This document shows, one piece after another, positions 27,788-37,001 of a stretch of DNA of 43,760 nt. The position numbers and the translations under genes are program-made. The DNA lies in NCBI GenBank assembly GCA_017440145.1, contig JAFSHU010000110.1, positions 1-43,760 of the forward strand. Direction: 5' to 3'. How positions within the stretch are numbered: the stretch's first letter is position 1; each line of letters opens with the position of its first letter. The notes under the pieces were generated by a model. The model was given only the letters and a program-made list of their open reading frames with translations, made no database searches and was not told the DNA's origin. The DNA is from Bacillota bacterium. Its GTDB lineage: Bacteria; Bacillota; Dehalobacteriia; UBA4068.

Positions 27788-28660
27788 ATGACAAATTTTA
27801 TTTTGATGACCGATTCGGCCTGTGATTTACCGGATTCTCTGGCGAAGGAATTGGGCTTAACTGTATTGCCTCTTTCTATAACGATTGAAGAAAAAAGCTA
27901 TGCCAATTATTTGGATGAACGGGAGCTTCCGGTAAAGGCTTTTTATTCCATGCTGCGGGAAGGTAAAATAGGTTCCACCTCTGCCGTAAATACGGCTACC
28001 TTTATTCAGGCCATGGAGCCTTTCCTGCAGGACGGCCAGGATGTTCTGTATTTGGGCTTTTCTTCTGCGCTGAGCAGTACCTTTGATTCTGCGGCAACGG
28101 CAGCTGCAGAGCTGCGGGAGCGTTATCCGGAACGGAAAATTTATGCGCTGGATACCCTTTGCGCTTCCCTGGGGCAGGGCTTGTTGGTTTATCTGGCTGC
28201 ACAGAAGAAACTCAGCGGTGCTTCTATAGAAGAAGTCGTGGCGTATGTAGAAGAGAATCGCCCCCATCTTTGCCATTGGTTCACTGTTGATGATCTGAAT
28301 CATCTCCACCGCGGCGGGCGTGTATCCGCTACCTCTGCTGTGGTTGGTACCGTGCTGAATATCAAGCCTGTGCTTCATGTAGATGATGAAGGCCGCCTGA
28401 TCAATGTCAGCAAGGTTCGCGGACGCAAAAAGTCTATTTCGGCGCTGTTTGCTGAAATGCAGGCAACAGCCATAAATCCGGATGAACAGATGATCTTCAT
28501 CAGCCATGGGGATTGTCAGGAGGATGCTGATTCTTTGGCAGAGATGATCAAAGCAAAGTATAACGTAAAAGATGTTATCATAAATCATGTCGGCCCGGTG
28601 ATCGGCGCCCATTCCGGTCCGGGGACTTTGGCTCTCTTCTTCCTTGGGGAGCACCGCTAA
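27788..28660 (+). CDS. DegV/FakB family fatty-acid-binding protein
   Basis: TDSACDL, SSALSST, LHRGGR, LNIKPVL, IGAHSGPG; AAGGAG RBS. Confidence 0.93.
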   Translation: MTNFILMTDSACDLPDSLAKELGLTVLPLSITIEEKSYANYLDERELPVKAFYSMLREGKIGSTSAVNTATFIQAMEPFLQDGQDVLYLGFSSALSSTFDSAATAAAELRERYPERKIYALDTLCASLGQGLLVYLAAQKKLSGASIEEVVAYVEENRPHLCHWFTVDDLNHLHRGGRVSATSAVVGTVLNIKPVLHVDDEGRLINVSKVRGRKKSISALFAEMQATAINPDEQMIFISHGDCQEDADSLAEMIKAKYNVKDVIINHVGPVIGAHSGPGTLALFFLGEHR

Positions 28661-28672
28661 ATACTGCTTTTT

Positions 28673-28707
28673 AAAGGTGAGCTGTTGCTGAACGGCTCAC
28701 CTTTTTT
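28673..28707 (+). terminator. Intrinsic terminator
   Basis: AAAGGTGAGCTGTT-GCTG-AACGGCTCACCTTT plus T-run. Confidence 0.85.
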
Positions 28708-28734
28708 GCAGGAGTTTTTTTTTTCATGTGGAAT
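28708..28734 (+). promoter_or_regulatory. Putative sigma-H promoter for dapF
   Basis: GCAGGA-N17-GAAT matches the SigH AGGA...GAAT consensus. Confidence 0.5.
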
Positions 28735-28892
28735 TTAAAAAAGTTATATTTCTATATATATTTCTTGCTATGGCGCATCCGGAAGAACCTGCTTGCGCAT
28801 AGTATTGTTTTGTTGAGGGAATATAGACGAAGTTGCAAATAGAAAACATCTGCCCGTATTTTCATGCGTTTCGGCAGGGAAGAGGAGGAAAC

Positions 28893-29732
28893 ATGCGCTT
28901 TTCAAAAATGCACGGATTGGGCAATGATTTTATCGTTATCAATGGATTTACAGAGCAGCTGCCTGAAGATCTGGGTGAGCTTTCCCGCAGAATGTGCCAC
29001 AGAAGCCTTGGCATCGGTGCGGATGGTCTGATTTTGCTCAGCCCCAGCCAGTCGGATCAGGCTGCTGCGCTGTATCAAATTTTTAATTCTGATGGAACGG
29101 AAGCCGGGATGTGCGGCAATGGTCTGCGCTGTGCTGCTCTTTTTGCCAAGCGGCAGGGGATTGTGGATGAGAATGAGTTCAGTTTTGAGATCCTGACGGG
29201 CCTGGTTCGTCCGCATATCATTGATGAAAAGCAGGGCATTGTCCGCGTGGATATGGACGAGCCGCGTTTGCTGCCGGCAGATATCCCTGCAAAATTTACC
29301 GGCAGCCGGGTCGTATCCGCTCCCCTGGAAGCTTTGGCCAGGAAATTTGATGTCACGCTGGTTTCTATGGGCAATCCGCATTGTGTGGTCTTTGTGGACG
29401 ATGTGGCAAATTATCCTGTCGAAAAGATTGGTCCGGTGATCGAAACCCATGAAGCCTTCCCGGCGCGCACTAACGTGGAATTTATCCAGCTTCTTTCGGA
29501 TGAGAAAATTAAGATGCGCGTTTGGGAAAGAAGCTGCGGGGAGACCAATGCCTGCGGTTCCGGCGCTTGCGCTGCCACGGTTGCTTCAATTTTGAATGGT
29601 TACACGAAGAAAAAAGTAGAAGTTCAGCTTCGATATGGCTCTTTGGAAGTGGAATGGATGGAGGATGGTCATATTTATATGACAGGGCCTGCTACTCTCG
29701 TGGCAGAAGGCGAGTATTTGGATCAGATATAA
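28893..29732 (+). CDS. dapF: Diaminopimelate epimerase
   Basis: KMHGLGNDF, GIGADG, MCGNG, MGNPHCV, TNVEF, WER..GETNACGSG; GGAGG RBS. Confidence 0.96.
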   Translation: MRFSKMHGLGNDFIVINGFTEQLPEDLGELSRRMCHRSLGIGADGLILLSPSQSDQAAALYQIFNSDGTEAGMCGNGLRCAALFAKRQGIVDENEFSFEILTGLVRPHIIDEKQGIVRVDMDEPRLLPADIPAKFTGSRVVSAPLEALARKFDVTLVSMGNPHCVVFVDDVANYPVEKIGPVIETHEAFPARTNVEFIQLLSDEKIKMRVWERSCGETNACGSGACAATVASILNGYTKKKVEVQLRYGSLEVEWMEDGHIYMTGPATLVAEGEYLDQI

Positions 29733-29757
29733 AAATAAGATAAAGCGAAAATCAACA

Positions 29758-29789
29758 AACAAGCAGGGTGCAGCTGCGCCCTGCTTGTT
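29758..29789 (+). terminator. Intergenic hairpin (weak terminator or processing stem)
   Basis: AACAAGCAGGGTGC-AGCT-GCGCCCTGCTTGTT; poor T-tail. Confidence 0.55.
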
Positions 29790-29860
29790 CAACAGTATAT
29801 TCTTCGCAGAAGGTGGAAAACTTGCTTACATTAACCCAAAAGACAGACGAAACAACAACG

Positions 29861-30622
29861 ATGCAAAAAGAGAAAAAGCTGGGGCTTGCTTTTGGCGGCG
29901 GCGCTCTGAAGGGAAGCGCGCATATCGGCGTCTTAAAGGTTCTTTCTGAATATGGGATTTCCGCTGATTTTGTCGCGGGAACCTCTATTGGTGCGGCGAT
30001 TGCCGCGATGTATGCTTCCGGCATGGATTGGCAGGAAATGCATCGGGCTTTTTTTACCAGCGATATTGACAGCTTGTTGAAAGTCCGCCCCAGCCGGATG
30101 GGGATGATCCCTGCAGAGGGATACAGGGATATGATTCGTGCGTTTACCGACGGGCGCAGACTTGAAGAGATGAACATTCCCTGTGGCCTTGTGGCGGTGG
30201 ATCTGATCAGCCGTGAAAAAGTGGTTTTCCGCAGGGGCGATACCGGGCTTGCGGTTCGTGCCAGCTCCGCGATCCCGGGTATTTTCACGCCGGTCTCTCT
30301 GAATGGCATGGTGCTGGTGGATGGATATGTTTTGGATAATTGCCCCGGAGATGTGGCCCGGGAAATGGGAGCGGATGTTGTTGTCGCCATTGATCTGGCC
30401 TTTCCGGAGCAGGAGGCCCCCAGCAATATGCTGGATGTGGTCAGCCGTTCTTTATCCATCTCTGCGGCAGAGTTTCAGAAGATCGACGCAGATATTTTGC
30501 TTCGCCCCATTGATGCACATAAAAAATTCATGGACAAAGATGCCTTGCAGGAGTGCTTTGAACTGGGCGAAGCCTGCGCCCGACAGCATATCGAAGAAAT
30601 CCTGGCATTGTTAGGGAGGTAA
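29861..30622 (+). CDS. Patatin-like phospholipase
   Basis: GGGALKG, GTSIG nucleophile elbow, ASSAIPG, DGY (DGG variant). Confidence 0.9.
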   Translation: MQKEKKLGLAFGGGALKGSAHIGVLKVLSEYGISADFVAGTSIGAAIAAMYASGMDWQEMHRAFFTSDIDSLLKVRPSRMGMIPAEGYRDMIRAFTDGRRLEEMNIPCGLVAVDLISREKVVFRRGDTGLAVRASSAIPGIFTPVSLNGMVLVDGYVLDNCPGDVAREMGADVVVAIDLAFPEQEAPSNMLDVVSRSLSISAAEFQKIDADILLRPIDAHKKFMDKDALQECFELGEACARQHIEEILALLGR

Positions 30623-30624
30623 GC

Positions 30625-32340
30625 ATGCGCATTTTAACAGCACAGATGAATATTATTCCCGGGCAGCCTGCCCAAAATCTGCAGCAGATGCTGGAGTGGA
30701 TCTGCCTGGGCAGGGAACGGGGGGCAGAGCTGATTTTATTCCCGGAGCTGGCTCTGAGCGGGGCTCTTTTAGGTGATCTGCTCTATCGTGACAGTTTTCT
30801 TGAGGAATGCAAATTGGCCGCTGAGAAGCTGGCGGCAGCTGCGGAGGGCATTTCTGTTGTTTTCACCAATCCCTGTCTGGATGCAGAAGGATTGCTGCGT
30901 AATCAGGTTTTCTGGGCTTCTCAGGGGCAGCTGCAAATGGTATCCACACCGCTGGCTCCGGCTTTTCTTCCCGGGGCTTATGATGCTTTCGAAAAAGAGG
31001 CTCCCATGGAGCTGCTTTCCTTATCAATTGATGGGAAAGAGCGCCGTATCGGCTTTTTGCTGGGGGATTATGCGCTGAATGATTTCCCGGCAGAAGCAGA
31101 AAAAGCCGATCTGTTGATTGATTTGAGCCAGCGCCCACTGTTTTTGGATCGTGATTTGACGCCGCCTCTGGCTCTCTCGGCAGAATATATTTCTGTAAAT
31201 GCCTGCGGATTGGTGAACAGTGGCTCAAGCTGCTATCTTTTGGCAGGAAACAGCCGCTATTATGCACAGGGCTCTTTGCTGGCTGCGGCACCTTATTTTC
31301 AGCCCGGTCTGTATGATCGGGAAAGTCGTGCTGCCTTCCCGGAAGAGGGTGAGCTGCTGCGGGATGCTCTGGTGGCGGGTACCTCTGCCTTTTTGCAGCA
31401 GATCAACTGCAAAAAAGCAGTCATCGGCCTCAGCGGCGGAATCGATTCCGCTCTTGCTGCCTGCATTTATACGCAGGCTCTGGGGCCGGAAAATGTTTAT
31501 TTGATCAGCATGCCTACCCAGTATAACAGTGCAACCACAAAAAATCTGGCTGCTGACCTGGCTGCCGCTCTGGGCTGCCCTTTCGCCGTGATTCCGGTGG
31601 AGGAAAGCGCCATTCGTTTGAGAGAGGATATCCAAACAGCAAGCTTCCTGGACGCTGCCGGTAGGGAAAGCCGCCTGCTCATAAGCGACTTGGGCTGGGA
31701 AAATCTGATGGCCAGAGAGCGCGGACGCATTCTGGCTGCTGCTTCCTCGGCAGTGGGGGGCATTTTTACCTGCAATGGGAACAAAGCTGAAATGACAGTA
31801 GGCTATGCAACCTTTTATGGGGATTTGGCCGGTGGTCTTGCTGCCCAGGCGGACCTGTGGAAACATCAGGTATACCAGGCCTGCAGGGCTTTCCAAAAAA
31901 TCTTTCCCACGGCCCCGCTGGATAAAATAGCTGCAATTCGACCTTCCGCAGAATTATCCTGGAAGCAGGCAGTGGATGAGGGGCTTGGGGATCCATTGCA
32001 GTATGATTACCATGATTATTTGTTCCGCTACTGGGTGGAGAAAAATGGCGGTCTTTTGGAAGCGCTGGAGGCTTATGCGGCGGATACGATTGATGCCTTA
32101 TTGGGCTGCAAACCTGGCTTGACAAAGCAATATTTCCCCACGGCCGATCAGTTCGCTTCAGATATGGAGAGATGGTGGAAACAATACCGGGGTATCGGGG
32201 TTGCCAAGCGGATTCAGGCGCCGCCGCTGCTGGCATTGAGTTCCCGGCCTTTTGGGGAGGCCTCCCCCCAGAGTCAGCTTTCTGTGTGGTTTGATGAAGC
32301 CTATTTACAGCGCAAGGAGCAGTTATGTCGGATCGTTTAA
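30625..32340 (+). CDS. nadE: NAD+ synthetase with N-terminal nitrilase-fold domain (glutaminase triad apparently incomplete)
   Basis: FPELALSG; SGGIDS, ENLMARERG, NKAEMTVGYATFYGD, PSAEL. Confidence 0.9.
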   Translation: MRILTAQMNIIPGQPAQNLQQMLEWICLGRERGAELILFPELALSGALLGDLLYRDSFLEECKLAAEKLAAAAEGISVVFTNPCLDAEGLLRNQVFWASQGQLQMVSTPLAPAFLPGAYDAFEKEAPMELLSLSIDGKERRIGFLLGDYALNDFPAEAEKADLLIDLSQRPLFLDRDLTPPLALSAEYISVNACGLVNSGSSCYLLAGNSRYYAQGSLLAAAPYFQPGLYDRESRAAFPEEGELLRDALVAGTSAFLQQINCKKAVIGLSGGIDSALAACIYTQALGPENVYLISMPTQYNSATTKNLAADLAAALGCPFAVIPVEESAIRLREDIQTASFLDAAGRESRLLISDLGWENLMARERGRILAAASSAVGGIFTCNGNKAEMTVGYATFYGDLAGGLAAQADLWKHQVYQACRAFQKIFPTAPLDKIAAIRPSAELSWKQAVDEGLGDPLQYDYHDYLFRYWVEKNGGLLEALEAYAADTIDALLGCKPGLTKQYFPTADQFASDMERWWKQYRGIGVAKRIQAPPLLALSSRPFGEASPQSQLSVWFDEAYLQRKEQLCRIV

Positions 32341-33182
32341 AAATTTTAGCCCCGGCAAAGATCAACTGGAGTCTGGAGATTGTTGGTCAGCGGGAGGATG
32401 GATATCATTTGCTGCGCTCGATCATGCAGCAGATTGCCCTATATGATGAAGTTGAGATCAAGGAGTCTTCCGCGGATCATTGCTTTTGTTCAGGTTTGAT
32501 GGATCAGGAAAACCTGGCTTTTCGCGCCTGGCTGCACCTGAAAGAGCAGCTGTGCCTGAAACAGTGCCTGGAAATTCGCATCGAAAAGAAAATCCCTCTT
32601 GGCGCTGGTCTGGCCGGTGGCAGTACGGATGCCGCTGCAGTTTTACTGGGGGCAAATCGCCTTCTGGCTTTGGGGCTTCCTGAAACGGAGCTTTTGTCCC
32701 TTGCGCTGCCACTGGGGGCAGATATTCCCTTTTGCATTTCCGGGGGTGCATGCCTCGTTGAGGGGATCGGAGAAAAATTAACGCCCCTGCCGGAAGTGCA
32801 AACCTCCTGGCTGGTTCTGGCGAATCCCGGCTTCCCTGTATCCACGCCAATGGTTTATCGGGAATATGACCGGCTCGGCAGCTCTGCCAGGCCGGATCTG
32901 GCTGGGGTGCGGGCTGCATTGGAAACGAACTCGAGCCAGCGCCTGACGGAATGCTGGGGAAATCATCTTTATGATGCAGCCTGCAGTCTTTATCCTGCTT
33001 TAAACAGAATGACAGAGGCTTTTTCTGCTTTGGGGCTGCCTGCTTTAATGAGTGGCTCCGGGGGGACTTTTTTTGCGCCTTGCTCCGGTGAAAAGGAGGC
33101 CAGGGAAGCAGCAGATCGCCTGCGGATGTTTTTCCCCTGGGCTATGGCAGTTTCAACTTTGATGACAGAAAAGCAGATGTAA
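32325..33182 (+). CDS. ispE: 4-diphosphocytidyl-2-C-methyl-D-erythritol kinase
   Basis: APAKIN, DGYH, KKIPLGAGLAGGSTDAA, GADIPF, MSGSG. Confidence 0.95.
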   Translation: MSDRLKILAPAKINWSLEIVGQREDGYHLLRSIMQQIALYDEVEIKESSADHCFCSGLMDQENLAFRAWLHLKEQLCLKQCLEIRIEKKIPLGAGLAGGSTDAAAVLLGANRLLALGLPETELLSLALPLGADIPFCISGGACLVEGIGEKLTPLPEVQTSWLVLANPGFPVSTPMVYREYDRLGSSARPDLAGVRAALETNSSQRLTECWGNHLYDAACSLYPALNRMTEAFSALGLPALMSGSGGTFFAPCSGEKEAREAADRLRMFFPWAMAVSTLMTEKQM

Positions 33183-33196
33183 GGAGAGGAGCTTAT

Positions 33197-35197
33197 ATGG
33201 AAAAAGCTAAGATCAGGAAAACGGCAGGGGAGGCAGAAGCTGCCCGCTCCTCTTTTTCAAATTCAAAATTTTGGCTGCGTGTGCTTTTGTGGCTGGGAGT
33301 CATTTTTTTTCAGGAGCTCTACCTGCATTTTATGATCTATCCGGGGGCTACTGCCGCAGAGAATTATTTCTATCTGGGGATGTTTTCCGTTTCCTATGCC
33401 TTGCTCGGCGCGTTTCTCTGCTCCCTGGCATCAGGCAGATGGAATTATATTCTGAGCCTGCTGCTGTGCGCTTTTGTTTCGATCCTCTACATAGCCCAAT
33501 ATGTATATCATTTGTTTTTTAAAACGCCTTTGCTGGTCTTTTCGATATTTAACAGCGGGCAGGTAACGGAATTTGCCGGGGAAGCGATTCGAATGATCGT
33601 AAGCCATTTGCCGCAAATTCTGGTTTTCCTGCTGCCCTTGATTTTGATTGCTGTTTTTGGCCGCAAAAGCTTTCCCGCCTGTAAATGGAAAGGCAGCTGG
33701 CTGCTGCTCATTTTGTCCATTTTATTTTATTGCGGTGCTTTAGCCGTTTTGCCCATCTCCGGCTCCAGTGCGCCAAACTCCGCATATAACTGTTTCTATA
33801 ATGAGAACAACCCCCTTCCTACTCAGCAGAAGCTGGGCGTGCTGACTTTTATGCAGCTGGATGCCCGCCGAACCCTTTGGGGCTTTGCACCGAAGGATCT
33901 TCCCCTGGCAGTGGAACTTCCGGAAGAGGATGAGCAGACTGATGCAGAGCAGGGAGAGACTCTGCCGGATTATGGCTATAATGCCATGGACATTGATTTC
34001 GAAGCGCTGCTGGCGAACGAAAGCGATGAGACCATCCGAAATATGCATATCTATTTTTCTTCCCTGGAGCCTTCCCGAAAAAATGAATATACCGGGAAAT
34101 TCGCAGGAAAGAATTTGATCGTGATCACGGCGGAAGGATTCTATTATCCCCTGTTGGAAACGGGTATGTTTCCTTCTGTAAAACGTCTGGCAACGGAAGG
34201 CTTTGAGTTTGCCAATGCCTATACGCCATTGTGGAATGTTTCCACCAGCGATGGGGAATACGCTGTCATGAGCTCTTTGCTCCCGGCCAGTGGGGTGTGG
34301 AGCTTTGCCCGCTCTGCGGAAAACTACATGCCCTTTGCCTTTGGTAATCAGTTTTCTGCTTTGGGCTATGAAAGCGTATATGCTTTTCATAACCACAGCT
34401 TTGATTATTATGACCGGCAGCTGTCTCATCCGAATCTGGGCTATACTTACCTGGGGCGGGGAAATGGCCTGGATATTACAGAGCAGTGGCCGGAAAGCGA
34501 TATTGAGCTTATGGAGGCATCCATACCCTATTACATAAATAGTGACAGCTTTCATGTTTATGATTTGACGGTATCCGGTCACCTGGAATACAATTTCAGC
34601 GGAAACATGATGGCGGCAAAGCATAGGGGAGAGGTCGAGCACCTGAATTATTCCGAGGAAGTAAAAGCCTATATTGCCTGCAATCTGGAGCTGGAATACG
34701 CAGTTCAATATCTTTTCGAGCAGCTGGAGGCAAGCGGCAAGCTGGATGATACGGTGATCGTTCTTTCTGCCGATCATTATCCCTATGGCTTATCGGATGC
34801 AGCCATTGATGAATTGGTGGGGCATCCGGTAGAACGAAATTTTGAGCTGTATCGGAACACCATTGCGATTTGGAGTGCGGATCAGGAGCATATGCTGATC
34901 GATACCCCGATCTGCAGCCTGGATATCCTGCCTACGGTCTCCAATCTCTTTGGGCTGGAATATGACTCCCGTTTGCTGATGGGGCGGGATGTTTTCTCTG
35001 ATGCGCTTCCTCTGATTGCCTTTAACAATCGCAGCTGGATTACGGATCAGGCCAGATATGATGCGACAACGGATGTTTTATATGGCGATGTTTCTCAGGA
35101 ATATGTGGATGCGATAAATGAGATCGTGAATGGAAAGTTCCTTTATTCCGCAGATATTTTGTTCAATGATTATTACCGTCTGGTTTTCGGAAAGTAG
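33197..35197 (+). CDS. LTA synthase (LtaS) family / phosphoglycerol transferase
   Basis: About 5 N-terminal TM helices plus a sulfatase-fold domain: GKNLI...E, TSDGE (catalytic Thr), SGH, ADH, DILPT...L.G. Confidence 0.85.
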   Translation: MEKAKIRKTAGEAEAARSSFSNSKFWLRVLLWLGVIFFQELYLHFMIYPGATAAENYFYLGMFSVSYALLGAFLCSLASGRWNYILSLLLCAFVSILYIAQYVYHLFFKTPLLVFSIFNSGQVTEFAGEAIRMIVSHLPQILVFLLPLILIAVFGRKSFPACKWKGSWLLLILSILFYCGALAVLPISGSSAPNSAYNCFYNENNPLPTQQKLGVLTFMQLDARRTLWGFAPKDLPLAVELPEEDEQTDAEQGETLPDYGYNAMDIDFEALLANESDETIRNMHIYFSSLEPSRKNEYTGKFAGKNLIVITAEGFYYPLLETGMFPSVKRLATEGFEFANAYTPLWNVSTSDGEYAVMSSLLPASGVWSFARSAENYMPFAFGNQFSALGYESVYAFHNHSFDYYDRQLSHPNLGYTYLGRGNGLDITEQWPESDIELMEASIPYYINSDSFHVYDLTVSGHLEYNFSGNMMAAKHRGEVEHLNYSEEVKAYIACNLELEYAVQYLFEQLEASGKLDDTVIVLSADHYPYGLSDAAIDELVGHPVERNFELYRNTIAIWSADQEHMLIDTPICSLDILPTVSNLFGLEYDSRLLMGRDVFSDALPLIAFNNRSWITDQARYDATTDVLYGDVSQEYVDAINEIVNGKFLYSADILFNDYYRLVFGK

Positions 35198-35208
35198 CGA
35201 GGTCAACT

Positions 35209-35880
35209 ATGCTGAGAATTTTGCTTGCAGAGGATAATACAGAGCTGCGCCACCTGATGAAGATTCGTCTGAATCGTGCTGGCTATGATGTGGTGGAAGC
35301 TGGGGATGGCCTGGAAGCTCTGGATATTCTGGCAAAAACGCAGGTGCATCTTTTGATTGTAGATGTGATGATGCCGAATATGGATGGCTGCGAGTTGACA
35401 GCCGCCCTGCGCAGTGCGAATATCGATACGCCGATTTTGATGGTTACCGCAAAGGGGGGCCTGGATGATAAAAAAACGGGTTTCCATGCTGGAGCCGATG
35501 ATTATCTGGTCAAACCTGTTGATATGGATGAAATGCTTCTGCATATTGAGGCGCTTCTTCGCCGTTCCCGCATCTCAAGGGAAAAGGAAATGGTTATCGG
35601 CTCCACGGTTCTGAATGAGGATCGTTTGAGTGTCACCTGCGGCGCGCAGGAGATTCTTCTGCGCAGAAAGGAGTTCCAGCTGCTGTTTTTGCTGCTCTCT
35701 TATAAAGGGAGGATCTTTACCAGACAAATGCTGATGGACGAGATTTGGGGATATGACAGTGAAACGGACCAGAGAACTGTGGATGTGCATATTAAACGCT
35801 TGCGGGAAAAGTTCAGCGACAATGCAGATTTTTCGATTCAGACGGTACGTGGTCTGGGATATAAGGCGGTGGAAAAATGA
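35209..35880 (+). CDS. OmpR-family response regulator, HssR-like
   Basis: AED, DVMMP, VTAK, GADDYLVKP, DQRTVDVHIKRLREK, TVRGLGY. Confidence 0.93.
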   Translation: MLRILLAEDNTELRHLMKIRLNRAGYDVVEAGDGLEALDILAKTQVHLLIVDVMMPNMDGCELTAALRSANIDTPILMVTAKGGLDDKKTGFHAGADDYLVKPVDMDEMLLHIEALLRRSRISREKEMVIGSTVLNEDRLSVTCGAQEILLRRKEFQLLFLLLSYKGRIFTRQMLMDEIWGYDSETDQRTVDVHIKRLREKFSDNADFSIQTVRGLGYKAVEK

Positions 35881-36935
35881 GGCCTCGTTACCATATCCGC
35901 TGGAAGGTCATTCTTTGGGGTATGATGGTCATTGTGGGCAGCTCAATCTTATGCTGGGCGCTCACGCCATTTATTGAGACGCTTCTGTCAAATTACATCA
36001 GCTCTGCTGAGCGGGGGCGCTTCATCATTTGGATCAGCCAGGGTTTGACGTACATCGTTTTTTTCATCTTCGCCTTGCTCTTGGCGATTATTACCTCCAA
36101 AACGATGGTAAACCGTGTGTTGGAGCTATCTCTGGCAGCGAAAGAAATTGCGCGCGGAAATTTCTCTGTTCGTGTTTCCGATATAGATCGGCACGATGAG
36201 GTTTATCAGCTGGCGCTTGATTTTAACCGCATGGCGGAACAGCTGCAAAGAAATGAATATATGCGGAAAGACTTCATATCCAACGTTTCCCATGAGATTA
36301 AAACACCGTTATCTGTTATCAATGGCTATGTGGATCTTTTGCTGGAGGAGCCCGAAGCGGCTGAAGGGAAGGAATATCTGGAGATCATCAGCCGGGAAAG
36401 CAAGCGCTTGCTGCGGATCAGCCAGAATATGCTGCATATTTCCCAGCTGGATAACGATAGCATCCGGAAAACAAATGAAACCTTTCGTTTGGATGAGCAG
36501 CTGCGGCAGGTAATTCTTCTGCTGGAACCTCATTGGTCTTCGAAAGATATTGAGCTGGATATTAACCTGGATGAATGCTTTTATACCGGCGATCCTGAGC
36601 TGTTGGTGCAGGTATGGGTAAATCTTTTGGATAACGCGATTAAATTTACCCCTGCCTCAGGAAAAATTGCCATTGGATTGCAGGAGCATGACCGCATTCA
36701 GGTTACCGTTGCTGATACCGGCATCGGGATGGATCAGGAGGCGCAGCAGCGGATCTACGAGCAGTTTTATCAGGGGGATCGTTCCCGCAGAAGAGAGGGC
36801 GCTGGCCTGGGCATGTCGATCGTAAAAAGAATTATTGATTTGCACGAAGGAGATATCTCGATTCACAGCGCCTTGGGCGAAGGTACAAAAATTGATGTAT
36901 TTCTGCCAAAGAAAAACAAGCCCTCAGTGCATTAA
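35877..36935 (+). CDS. HAMP-domain sensor histidine kinase with two TM helices and a very short outer loop (HssS-like)
   Basis: FISNVSHEIKTP, NLLDNAIKF, DTGIG, FYQGD.SR, GAGLG; ATGA overlap with the response regulator. Confidence 0.93.
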   Translation: MRPRYHIRWKVILWGMMVIVGSSILCWALTPFIETLLSNYISSAERGRFIIWISQGLTYIVFFIFALLLAIITSKTMVNRVLELSLAAKEIARGNFSVRVSDIDRHDEVYQLALDFNRMAEQLQRNEYMRKDFISNVSHEIKTPLSVINGYVDLLLEEPEAAEGKEYLEIISRESKRLLRISQNMLHISQLDNDSIRKTNETFRLDEQLRQVILLLEPHWSSKDIELDINLDECFYTGDPELLVQVWVNLLDNAIKFTPASGKIAIGLQEHDRIQVTVADTGIGMDQEAQQRIYEQFYQGDRSRRREGAGLGMSIVKRIIDLHEGDISIHSALGEGTKIDVFLPKKNKPSVH

Positions 36936-36952
36936 ACGGAGGGCTTGTTTTT
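36912..36952. terminator. Bidirectional terminator overlapping the kinase stop codon
   Basis: AAAAACAAGCCCTC...GAGGGCTTGTTTTT 14-bp stem. Confidence 0.8.
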
Positions 36953-37001
36953 ATATTGGATATATAATGGCGTTAAACGATAAATTCTCTTTATAAAAGC
37001 C

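Noticed and set aside
28773-28803. SigG-like GCATC-N18-CATAGTA element upstream of dapF
   Set aside because: A short degenerate match with no supporting evidence; not distinguishable from chance.
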